From a bacterium (GTDB lineage Bacteria; Pseudomonadota; Alphaproteobacteria; Rs-D84; CACZYB01), in assembly GCA_014803575.1 (NCBI GenBank), contig JAAVBO010000003.1:87165-151164 (forward strand): a stretch of 64,000 nt of DNA. The letters run 5' to 3'. Below are positions 28,901 through 37,947 of this stretch, one piece after another. The notes beneath the pieces are model-generated. The model was not told the DNA's origin, did no database searches, and was given only the letters and a program-made list of their open reading frames with translations. How positions within the stretch are numbered: position 1 is the stretch's first letter; each line of letters starts with the position of its first letter. The position numbers and the translations under genes are program-made.

Positions 28901-30001
28901 CTAGTCTCTTTTCAATCCAAATGCGGCGTTGAAGTCAATGATGGAAATTCCAGGTCTGTTTTCATCTTTGAAATCATTACCTGTATATTCTTCACCATCT
29001 CTCATAGCTTCTATGATTTCCATACCGCCACCGGCTTCAACAACTGTGTTTGTTAAATCATCATAATAGTAGTTAAGTGTAAAATTATTTAGTCCGCCGA
29101 GAGCATTTTTTTCTTCGCCGTTTTTAAATTTGAAAAGGTCATCTTCTCCTGTGAATTTTTCAAATTTTACATTAACATCAGATTCACCAAATTTGTCAGT
29201 AACAACTACATCATACCAATTATCAAAATTCATTGTTAAAGTAGATGTTGGGTTTGCTCCATTGTCAAAATGAAGTGTTGCTTTACCGTCAAGATTTATA
29301 TTACCTTCTTTGGAACCTTGATTTGCAATGTTTTCTTCGGCACTTACTCCTCCAATTGCTCTACCGGTAAAGTCAATAGATGCGATGTCTTTTTCAATTT
29401 TATCCGGAGAAATTTCTCTTTCTTTATATCCGCCGAACACACCTAATTGATATTCATCTAAGTCATCACTTTCTTCTTTTGGTATATACTTACCGTTTTC
29501 ATCAGTACCATATTCAATAGATTTACCATTTAGGCGGAAGAAGTCAAAATAACTTAAACCAAGTTCTTTTCCCATTGATTCAAAGGTTAGTTCTTGATAC
29601 ATCTCATGATCTCCTTCTGGACCATCATAGATAAATTTATTTTCATTATTTCTTTTAAATACTGTTTCTCCGTTTTCATCAGAAAAAGATACAATTTTTC
29701 CATTATCATCTACGTTGAATTTAAAACTCGAATTTTCACCTTCATCAAATACAGTAAATTTTATGTCGCTGATATCAGCATATTGTTTAGCACGTGATGT
29801 TGATGTAGCGGATCTTACGCTTTCGGGTTTTTCCTTTGTAAGGTCAATACGACTTTTCAAAGATGTTATTTGTCTGTTGGATGCTTCGACAGTAGTAGGC
29901 AAAGTTGTGTTTGGAACGGAGTTTCCGCCACCATTACCACCACCGCAAGCGGTAAGTAAAGTTGATAGAGCAATTAAGCTTATTTTCAAATTATTTTTCA
30001 T
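28901..30001 (-). CDS. Putative surface lipoprotein, paralog 3
   Basis: The same MKNNLKISLIALSTLLTACGGGNGGGNSVPNTTLP N-terminus, a C-terminal MNFDNWYDV motif, and an ending AAFGLKRD. Confidence 0.5.
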   Translation of the reverse strand: MKNNLKISLIALSTLLTACGGGNGGGNSVPNTTLPTTVEASNRQITSLKSRIDLTKEKPESVRSATSTSRAKQYADISDIKFTVFDEGENSSFKFNVDDNGKIVSFSDENGETVFKRNNENKFIYDGPEGDHEMYQELTFESMGKELGLSYFDFFRLNGKSIEYGTDENGKYIPKEESDDLDEYQLGVFGGYKEREISPDKIEKDIASIDFTGRAIGGVSAEENIANQGSKEGNINLDGKATLHFDNGANPTSTLTMNFDNWYDVVVTDKFGESDVNVKFEKFTGEDDLFKFKNGEEKNALGGLNNFTLNYYYDDLTNTVVEAGGGMEIIEAMRDGEEYTGNDFKDENRPGISIIDFNAAFGLKRD

Positions 30002-30047
30002 AGTAATTTCCTTTCATTAGTTTATTATTATTTACTTTGTGTTAAAT

Positions 30048-31607
30048 TTATTGACGTTTCGCACCGAAGACATATTCTAAACTTGTGTTTATTTTACCTT
30101 CCTTATCTTTATATTCTATAATTCCACCACCAACTGCTTCTGTTGGAGAGTGTGCATTTTCACCATAAAGATTTACAAAACTTGATTGATTTGTTGAATT
30201 ATTAAGCATATCAATAATCATTTGATTTTCTAAACTTCCTATATTATCGTAAAATTTAGAATCTTCTATTTTGTTATATCTTATATCATATCCTCCACTT
30301 ATAAAATGTCCATCTGGGGCAATTGTAGTATTTGGTGAATATACTACTTCTTCTTCATATTTTGGAGTAATATTCATACTAATTCCGTTGTCCCAATTAA
30401 CATTTAAAGATGTTGTTGTGTTCATATTTGAAAAATGAACATTTAAAGATGTATCTCCTTGTAAAAATTTATCTATTCCAGATACATTTAAATTACCGTA
30501 TGCTTTACCTTTAAATGTTACATCTCCTAATTCATAAGATTTACTTATATCATAGAATGGAAATAATAAAGCACTTTGATTTTTTTCATTAAATCTGTTT
30601 TGATTTGTATTATATCCAAGTGTTGCCAGATAATGGTTTGACGATTTATTATTATCAACTTGGATATAAGTAAAATCAGCGTATGATAATCCTACGGATG
30701 TTCCTCCTAAAATAATTTTGTAATTATTTTTATCATCAGATGTTTTTATTATTTTATTCCCATCTTCATCTATTATATCATCTTTGTTAAAAGTTATGGT
30801 TTTATTTGTTATATCAGAGTTAAATGACAAACTATATATATCTCCATTACTGTCAGTATTATATTTTAAAGTAAAACTTTCATCATCTCTTAATGGAGTA
30901 AACTGTAATTGATCTATACTTATGTCTTTATAATTATTTTCAATAAAATCAAGTCGTTTTGTATAGTATGAGGGATCAAATGCGTAAATAGTTGCATTTT
31001 TATTTAAATTTATAGTATCTACTATCATTTCAACACTATTTGAATACTTTATGAAATTATTCATGTCATCTTCTGTTATTATTTTTCCATATTTAGTTTC
31101 ATATAAATATTTAGTAACCCTATTTTGAAAATCAACCATTCCAAGAAAAGCTTCACTATAAATTGTATTAAAATAAACATAATTATAAAGAAATTCGTTG
31201 ATAAAATTTTCATCATTTTTTGATATTTCTTCTAATTGTTCTAATCCATTATCTTCTAATGCTATTTCGACATGTTTTCTAATATAGTTTATATTATCTA
31301 TTAATTTTTTAGTTATTGTATCTATTATTTCATCTTCTGATAATGAATTGTACTTATCATCTTTAATTAAAATATCATAAGTATTTTTATCCAAGAGTTC
31401 ATCGTGAACATTTTGGAACCATGTAGAATTTTTTACAGTTTGAAAAGCATTAGAATTTGATTTTATTGAAATCTTTGCTGAATTTGTATCAGAAATTGTC
31501 GGTAAATTTGTATTTGGAATAGAACTTCCGTCACCACTTCCACCACCACCGCAAGCAGTAAGTAGGGTTGATAGAGCAATTAGGCTTATTTTAAAATTGA
31601 TTCTCAT
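30048..31607 (-). CDS. Putative surface lipoprotein, paralog 4 (first gene of the array)
   Basis: MRINFKISLIALSTLLTACGGGGSGDGSSIPNTNLP N-terminus and an ending YVFGAKRQ. It lies 46 bp upstream of paralog 3. Confidence 0.5.
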   Translation of the reverse strand: MRINFKISLIALSTLLTACGGGGSGDGSSIPNTNLPTISDTNSAKISIKSNSNAFQTVKNSTWFQNVHDELLDKNTYDILIKDDKYNSLSEDEIIDTITKKLIDNINYIRKHVEIALEDNGLEQLEEISKNDENFINEFLYNYVYFNTIYSEAFLGMVDFQNRVTKYLYETKYGKIITEDDMNNFIKYSNSVEMIVDTINLNKNATIYAFDPSYYTKRLDFIENNYKDISIDQLQFTPLRDDESFTLKYNTDSNGDIYSLSFNSDITNKTITFNKDDIIDEDGNKIIKTSDDKNNYKIILGGTSVGLSYADFTYIQVDNNKSSNHYLATLGYNTNQNRFNEKNQSALLFPFYDISKSYELGDVTFKGKAYGNLNVSGIDKFLQGDTSLNVHFSNMNTTTSLNVNWDNGISMNITPKYEEEVVYSPNTTIAPDGHFISGGYDIRYNKIEDSKFYDNIGSLENQMIIDMLNNSTNQSSFVNLYGENAHSPTEAVGGGIIEYKDKEGKINTSLEYVFGAKRQ

Positions 31608-31640
31608 TTTTTTTACCTTTCATTAGTTTTTATTTGTTCA

Positions 31641-31660
31641 AAAATAATGATCGTTATTTT
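31641..31660. repeat. Near-palindromic A-tract/CG-core element (aaaataatgatcgttatttt)
   Basis: 17 of 20 positions match 31817-31836 (aaaataacgatcgttttttt), which has a perfect AACGATCGTT core. Confidence 0.4.
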
Positions 31661-31816
31661 AGGTATATACTTTTTTTTAGAAAATTAATTTTATTTTTTA
31701 GAGAGTTTTAAAATTTAAACGACGAAATTATATTGAATAATCAAATAGATAAATAATCAGTAAAAATATTGCTTGAAAATATTCTTATCCAAATATAAAA
31801 TATTTTTGATTGTTCC

Positions 31817-31838
31817 AAAATAACGATCGTTTTTTTTT
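31817..31838. repeat. Palindromic A-tract / AACGATCGTT / T-tract element
   Basis: Partner of 31641-31660. Together they bracket ~155 bp upstream of lipoprotein paralog 4. Confidence 0.4.
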
Positions 31839-31856
31839 ACCGATATTTTTTTTATT

Positions 31857-33116
31857 TTATTGATATCTTAATGCTTCGATTGGGTCCAGTTTGGTTGCCT
31901 TTATTGCAGGGAAAAGTCCGGAGGATATGCCTACAATAATTGCGACAGAAAAACTTATGATTACGGTTATTAATGATATAGGTACATTTTTATCTAAGAC
32001 TGCGCCTGCGATTTGTGACAGGGCTATACCTATAATCATACCTATCATACTTCCTATGAAAGATATAAGTATGGATTCCGTTAAAAATTGTCCCATAATG
32101 GAGCTGTTTTTTGCACCTATTGCCTTTCTAATACCTATTTCCCTTGTTCGTTCGGTGACGGAAACAAGCATCATATTCATAATACCTATACTTCCAACGA
32201 TAAGAGAAATTGAGGCTATGGAGGCAAGAAGGATTGAAAGGTAAGTTCCGACGGAGCGCATAGTTTCTTGGATTTCGGTCATATTATCAATACGAAAATC
32301 ATTTTCAGCGGTTGGTTTTAATCGTCTTGATTCACGAAGAGCATTTTCAATTAGTTTTGTTGCGCGTTCCATATTATTTTCGTTATCTACCTGTGCCATT
32401 ATGTAGTTTACTCGGTTAGGAATGTTTGTTCCCTGAACACGGCGACGATAGGTTGTTATCGGCATAAGGACTATATCATCTTGGTCCATACCGCCCATAC
32501 CTTGACCTTTGGATTTAAGGATACCCTTTACAATGAATGGAACATTTTTTATTCGCATAGTTTTTCCAAGTGGATTTTCGTCGTGGAAAAGTTCATCTGC
32601 GATAGTTTTTCCTATTACTATGTAAGAAGATGCTGCCTTTACATCGCGGTCGGTGAACATAGCCCCTTTTTCAATTTCCCAGTTGCCGGTGTACAGGTAG
32701 TCTGGGGTAGTTGCGACTATGGAGCCGGCGTAGTTTTCATTTCCGTAGACTAGCTGTCCTGCACCATTTACCATAGGAGAGACAGCTGATATGTGCTTTA
32801 TGTTTTTTATAACGTCGGCGTCATTGGTTTTTATTATAGTCATACCGGAACCCTTTACACCGGAAGTTGCGACAAATTCCGGACGAATGATTAGTAGGTT
32901 ACTTCCCATTCCGGCAAGACTTTCATTTATCATATTTGACACGGTTTGACCTGCGGCAACCATTATAACTACGGCACAAACTCCTATAATAATACCTAGG
33001 GTTGTAAGAAATGAGCGGAGTTTGTTTGCCTTTATTGAAATCCATGATTCACGGAATACTGCCTCTGCCATATGTGTTTTTTTGTTATCGGTTGCTATTT
33101 TTGTGTTGCAAGTCAT
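31857..33116 (-). CDS. ABC transporter permease, MacB/FtsX-type (large periplasmic domain plus a C-terminal FtsX 4-TM bundle)
   Basis: One N-terminal TM, a ~220-aa periplasmic region, then three C-terminal TMs ending ...KATKLDPIEALRYQ. Typical MacB/LolCE topology. Confidence 0.8.
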   Translation of the reverse strand: MTCNTKIATDNKKTHMAEAVFRESWISIKANKLRSFLTTLGIIIGVCAVVIMVAAGQTVSNMINESLAGMGSNLLIIRPEFVATSGVKGSGMTIIKTNDADVIKNIKHISAVSPMVNGAGQLVYGNENYAGSIVATTPDYLYTGNWEIEKGAMFTDRDVKAASSYIVIGKTIADELFHDENPLGKTMRIKNVPFIVKGILKSKGQGMGGMDQDDIVLMPITTYRRRVQGTNIPNRVNYIMAQVDNENNMERATKLIENALRESRRLKPTAENDFRIDNMTEIQETMRSVGTYLSILLASIASISLIVGSIGIMNMMLVSVTERTREIGIRKAIGAKNSSIMGQFLTESILISFIGSMIGMIIGIALSQIAGAVLDKNVPISLITVIISFSVAIIVGISSGLFPAIKATKLDPIEALRYQ

Positions 33117-33826
33117 TATCTTTTCCCCTTAAATTCAGAAACTTTACCATCGTAGTGAAGAACGCCGTCAAGTATGTAGATAAGGCGGTCGGCATAATTT
33201 GCAATATCCGGTTCGTGGGTGACAAGGACAATGGTTTTTCCTTCTTTATTTAAAGAAGTAAACAAGTCCATTATTTCAATGGAAGTTTTTGTATCCAAAT
33301 TTCCGGTTGGTTCGTCGGCAAGAATTAAAGTAGGTTCGTTGATTAGTGCTCTTGCAATTGCAACACGTTGTTGCATACCACCGGATATTTGATTTGGAAA
33401 TCGGTCGGTAAATTTTCCAAGTCCTACATGTTCCAGCATATTTTTTGCCTTTTCATGTTGGCAAGTAAGGTTGTATCCCGAATAAATCAGTGGAATACAA
33501 ACGTTATCAAGCAGAGTTCTTTTCATAAGAAGATTGAACCCTTGAAATACAAAGCCGATTTTTTTATTTCTTATTTCAGCAAGTTGGTCATCGTTCATAG
33601 ATGATACAATTTGCTCATCAATTTCATATATACCTGATGTTGGTTTATCAAGACAGCCTAGTGTATTCATAAGTGTGGATTTACCACTTCCCGATGGACC
33701 CATAATAGCAACGAATTCACCTTCGTTGATTGTGAAATTGATATCCTTTAATACCGGATATGAATTACCTCCATCCATAAAGTAGGTTTTATATAGATTT
33801 TTTACTTCTATGACTTTTTTTGCCAT
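33116..33826 (-). CDS. ABC transporter ATP-binding protein (MacB/LolD-type)
   Basis: Walker A GPSGSGKST, signature ISGGMQQRVAIARAL, Walker B LILADEPTGNLD, and H-loop VTHE. The start is probably MAKKVIEV at 33826. Confidence 0.9.
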   Translation of the reverse strand: MAKKVIEVKNLYKTYFMDGGNSYPVLKDINFTINEGEFVAIMGPSGSGKSTLMNTLGCLDKPTSGIYEIDEQIVSSMNDDQLAEIRNKKIGFVFQGFNLLMKRTLLDNVCIPLIYSGYNLTCQHEKAKNMLEHVGLGKFTDRFPNQISGGMQQRVAIARALINEPTLILADEPTGNLDTKTSIEIMDLFTSLNKEGKTIVLVTHEPDIANYADRLIYILDGVLHYDGKVSEFKGKR

Positions 33827-33836
33827 ATTGGTTTTC

Positions 33837-35066
33837 CTATCTGCGTCTTCCGCCACCAGGTCCGCCAACTCTTATTGCAGGAGTTGCTTTGGAGCTTTTT
33901 GCGGTTCCATTGTAGTTAAACTCCGAAATTACAAAGTCATTTTCGTTTAGTTCGTCGGAAATTATTTCTGTTATGCTTCCGTTTGTGATACCTTTTTTTA
34001 TTTTGATTGCATTTAGTGTTTTTGATTCATCATCGTAGGTATAAACGAAACCTTCACCGGCACCTAATCTTGAATTTTCCGGATAGATAACTTTATCTCG
34101 CAAAACGTCTTCCGGTTTGAATTGAAGGGTTATGTTATCAAGGATTTTTACATCGTTTTTTTCTTGTGTATTAATTTCAACGAATGCAGTCATTCCAGGG
34201 AGAAGTTTGTTATCCTTGTTATCAATTTTTATTATAACTGTGTAGATAACGACATTTTGTTCTGTTGTTGGGTTAAGGCGGATTTGGTCAACGTAACCTT
34301 TGAATGTTTCAAGTGGGAATGCGTCGACAGTAAAATCAACAGATTGTCCTTTTTTGATTGTTCCTATGTCGGCCTCGGAAATGCTTGCTTCTATTTGCAT
34401 TTTCTTTAAATCTTCGGCAATTGTAAATAATGTTGGAGCGGAGAATGATGAGGCTATGGTTTGACCTTCCTCGACATCTCTTGAAATAATGACACCTGAT
34501 ACAGGAGAGGTTATTCTTGTATAATCCATATTTCGCTTACTTCTTTCCAAATCGGAAGTTGCAGAGGTGTAGTCGGCTTTGGCAGTAGTGAGTTCTGTTT
34601 CTGCCTGATCAAGTTCAACCTTTGCTATGTAGCCGGCATTGTAGAGTTGTTCAATTCTTTCCTTATTCAATTTTGCGAGTTCGTATTTTGCCTTTGCTTG
34701 AGTTTGTCTTGCTTGAGAAGCGTTTACATCTTCTACGAACAAAGATTTATCAACCTCAGCAAGTAATTGACCGATTTTTACATTGTCATTATAGTCTGCG
34801 TAGATTTTATCGATAATGCCAGATACTTGGGCACCGACACTTACAACATTGACTGGATTGACTATGCCTGTTGCACTTACCTTTGATTTTACATCACCTT
34901 TTGTAATTTTAGAAAATTCAAAATTGTTTGGTTTTAATTTTAATTCAGAGGGAGTTGAAAACAAAATTTTTTTACCAATTAACAATATTACGCATATTAA
35001 AATTATGTAAAAAATTCTTTTTTTCCAGTTGGCTTTTTTTCCAGCTGTGTTATTTGTTGTTTCCAC
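33837..35066 (-). CDS. Periplasmic adaptor (membrane fusion protein, HlyD/MacA family)
   Basis: An N-terminal TM, coiled-coil hairpin regions and a beta-barrel/lipoyl pattern typical of MFPs. Confidence 0.75.
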   Translation of the reverse strand: METTNNTAGKKANWKKRIFYIILICVILLIGKKILFSTPSELKLKPNNFEFSKITKGDVKSKVSATGIVNPVNVVSVGAQVSGIIDKIYADYNDNVKIGQLLAEVDKSLFVEDVNASQARQTQAKAKYELAKLNKERIEQLYNAGYIAKVELDQAETELTTAKADYTSATSDLERSKRNMDYTRITSPVSGVIISRDVEEGQTIASSFSAPTLFTIAEDLKKMQIEASISEADIGTIKKGQSVDFTVDAFPLETFKGYVDQIRLNPTTEQNVVIYTVIIKIDNKDNKLLPGMTAFVEINTQEKNDVKILDNITLQFKPEDVLRDKVIYPENSRLGAGEGFVYTYDDESKTLNAIKIKKGITNGSITEIISDELNENDFVISEFNYNGTAKSSKATPAIRVGGPGGGRRR

Positions 35067-35083
35067 TTTTATCCCTCCTTTTG

Positions 35084-36460
35084 TTATTGTAATGAACCTA
35101 AGTTTTTAAGGTTTAAATCACCTGCGGCTTTAAGTAGTGCAATTTTTGCAGTATATAAATCATATTGTGCAGAAATTGATTGTTTTCTTGCTGAAACAAG
35201 TTTTGATTGTGCTTCCATAAGGCTGATGATGTCGCCTTTACCTGCTTGGTATGAACCGAGAGCAACCTGTTCATTTTCGTTTGCACTTTCAAGCATTTTT
35301 GTTGCAAGTTCAACGCTCTTTATACTTGTTTTGTAATCGTTGTATGCGTTGACTATGTTTAATTCTATGTCTTGTTTTAATTGTTGTAGAGCTTCTTTTT
35401 CGGCAGCATATGAATATTTTGCATTTCTAAGAGAGTAAGTGTGTTCGAATCCCGTGAATATAGGAAGAGAAACTCTTACACCTATTGCATCGCTTTCTCT
35501 ATCTCTTTTTATGCCACCAAAGTCAATGTCTTCGTCATACCAGTTTTTGTTTGCGAAACCGGAAATTGTTGGAAAGTATGCTGCGCTTGCCTGTCTTACC
35601 TTTGCATAAGAGGCCTTTACATCAGCAATTTTTGCCATTAAATCAGGACGTTTTTCCATTGCAATGTCTATTATTTCATCAACAGATTTTGAGATGAGTT
35701 CGTTGGTTGTATTTGCATAAGAAGTAACAAGTTTTATATCCATACTTGGTGGAAGACCAAGAAGTTTTGCAAGGTTTGCCTTTGCAAGACGAACGGCTTG
35801 CTCCTGTTTAACGGTATCAAGTTGACGTTGAATGTAGGTTGTTTCTGTTTGAAGAGTATCTGCCTTTGATGACATACCTAGTTCAAATTTTTTGAATGCA
35901 AGTTCAAATGATTTTTTACTTGCTTCCTCATCGGCCTTAACTGCAGCGAGTTCTTCAATAGAAGAAAGAGCGTTATAGTATGCAGAAATTACGTTATATG
36001 CAACGGTTTGCAATGTATTGTTGTATTGGAAATTCATAGAGTTCATAGTTTGGAAAGTTTGTTCAACCTGTGCTTCACGATTTCCGAAATCATATAATAA
36101 CCAATTTAAAGATAGACCGGCACTTAAATCCTTACCGTTTGTTTCAACCGGTGGTATACCTGTGTAATCTTCATTATTACTGTCTTGATATGTTGCGGTT
36201 GCATCGATTTGAGGATAGTATGATGCGTATGAACGTTTGTATGCGGTTGAGCCGACCTTTGTATTTAACCATGCTTGTCTTGTTTCAGGGTTATTGCACA
36301 TTGAAAGTTCAATAACATCTGCAAGATTAAGTTCATCGGTTTCAACATTTTTTGAAATGTTGCAAGATTTACTTATTTCAAATGTTGATTTTTCCAATGT
36401 TTCGGCATTTGCTATTGTTGATATAAATAAAGTTGATAGTAATAATATAATTTTTTTCAT
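35084..36460 (-). CDS. TolC-family outer-membrane efflux protein
   Basis: Signal peptide and the two repeated halves of the TolC/OEP fold with long helical segments. 458 aa. Confidence 0.8.
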   Translation of the reverse strand: MKKIILLLSTLFISTIANAETLEKSTFEISKSCNISKNVETDELNLADVIELSMCNNPETRQAWLNTKVGSTAYKRSYASYYPQIDATATYQDSNNEDYTGIPPVETNGKDLSAGLSLNWLLYDFGNREAQVEQTFQTMNSMNFQYNNTLQTVAYNVISAYYNALSSIEELAAVKADEEASKKSFELAFKKFELGMSSKADTLQTETTYIQRQLDTVKQEQAVRLAKANLAKLLGLPPSMDIKLVTSYANTTNELISKSVDEIIDIAMEKRPDLMAKIADVKASYAKVRQASAAYFPTISGFANKNWYDEDIDFGGIKRDRESDAIGVRVSLPIFTGFEHTYSLRNAKYSYAAEKEALQQLKQDIELNIVNAYNDYKTSIKSVELATKMLESANENEQVALGSYQAGKGDIISLMEAQSKLVSARKQSISAQYDLYTAKIALLKAAGDLNLKNLGSLQ

Positions 36461-36581
36461 TGTAGTACTCCTTAAAATATTGTTTCAGTATATCAATAAA
36501 TATTAAGAGAGTCAATTTATTTATGATATATTTCTGCTGTCTAAACATATACAAATGTATAATTGTTTTTAAGAAGGTTAT

Positions 36582-36610
36582 AAAAAAAACTCCTCGTAAA
36601 GAGGAGTTTT
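36582..36610. terminator. Terminator downstream of the LysM gene, upstream of the TolC operon
   Basis: ctcctc-gtaaa-gaggag hairpin with flanking A and T runs. Confidence 0.55.
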
Positions 36611-36626
36611 CAGAGGTATTATATTA

Positions 36627-37841
36627 TTATTTTTTCTTTACTGATTTTTTCTTTTCAATGATTGCTTTTTCTTTTAGTTCAGTAAATTTTTCACTGTTCT
36701 TTTTTACCATTGTGAATACTTGACCAACATAGATTTTGTTTGGATCTTTGATTTGTGATTTGTTTGCTTCAAAGATAACAACATAGTTTGTTCCTTTGCC
36801 GTATTCTTTTAGGGCTAAGTTCCATAGGCAGTCGCCTTTTTTAACAACAACCATAGAATTTTCGCCGTCGATAAGAACAGGTGTGAATTTGTATTCAACG
36901 CGTTTTGCAACTTTGCCTTTTGAATTTAACATATCGGCACGAACTGTTTGTTTTTCATCGGATAGTTCGTAAGTTGTGTCAACAGACCAGTTTCCATTTT
37001 TATCCGATGTTGTTGTAGCGATAAGTTTGTTGTTCATATAAAGGTTGATTTTTGTATTCTTTTTAGCTTTACCTTCTGTGTAGAAGTTGCCTTTTTCATT
37101 ATAATCAATCTTTTCAATACGAAGAGCACCTATGTTTTGTCCCTTTGGAGCTTTTAAAACTTTGGAGTTTTTATTGTCGCCCATAAGGACAGCAACATCT
37201 TCGTTTGATTTTTTAGATACGTGAAGAACTGCGGATTGTTTGCTTTTAATTTTTTCACCGTTGTCATTTAAAACATAAAGTGAAAGTTTTCTGTTTCCGA
37301 CAGGAAGAGCTTTCTTTGGTATAAATACCCATTGTCCGTTTTCATCGGCAGTTTCTGTTCCGATTTCGTGATCGTTGTCAAGGATGTGGACTATGTCACC
37401 GGCTTTTGCTTGACCTGCGATAACGGCTTCACCTTTTTCCATGCGGACTATGTCAAATGAAGGATAGATGATTTCATTTTTCTTTTCTTCTGATTTAGAG
37501 AAAAGTTTTGACCACCAGCTTTGTTTTGTTTCTTTTTTGGTTACTTGTTTTTCAACCTTTGCAGGTTCAAGTGTTGCAACATTTGCTTTGTCTTTGTTGA
37601 AAATAGATATAACCCATATCATAATTGCAATTATTATAACAAAGATTACAAGTGCGACTATGAATTTTTTCTGTTTATCAGACATTTTTGTTTCTTTTAC
37701 TTTTTTATATTTTGCTTTTACTTTTTCCTTAAAAGAAGTTTTTTGTTTTTGAGACTTTGTTGCAACTTCTTTTTTTTCTTCTGTTTTTGGTGCAGAAGTT
37801 TGTGTGTCAGTTGTGTTTAAAATAGGTTCTTTTTTTTCCAT
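36627..37841 (-). CDS. LysM-domain membrane protein with Ig-like repeats
   Basis: Lys/Glu-rich N-terminus, one TM helix, the repeated motifs DENGQWVF / DKNGNWSV, and a C-terminal LysM (VVKKGDCLWNLALKEYG...IYVGQVF). Confidence 0.55.
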   Translation of the reverse strand: MEKKEPILNTTDTQTSAPKTEEKKEVATKSQKQKTSFKEKVKAKYKKVKETKMSDKQKKFIVALVIFVIIIAIMIWVISIFNKDKANVATLEPAKVEKQVTKKETKQSWWSKLFSKSEEKKNEIIYPSFDIVRMEKGEAVIAGQAKAGDIVHILDNDHEIGTETADENGQWVFIPKKALPVGNRKLSLYVLNDNGEKIKSKQSAVLHVSKKSNEDVAVLMGDNKNSKVLKAPKGQNIGALRIEKIDYNEKGNFYTEGKAKKNTKINLYMNNKLIATTTSDKNGNWSVDTTYELSDEKQTVRADMLNSKGKVAKRVEYKFTPVLIDGENSMVVVKKGDCLWNLALKEYGKGTNYVVIFEANKSQIKDPNKIYVGQVFTMVKKNSEKFTELKEKAIIEKKKSVKKK

Positions 37842-37947
37842 TTGTTAGACTCCTATACTTGTTTAAATTTGTCTTTGTTGTCAAAATTAAACCTTTTTTG
37901 CATAAATGTCAAGAATAATATGTATTTTGTCAAAGATGTTGTTTTTA

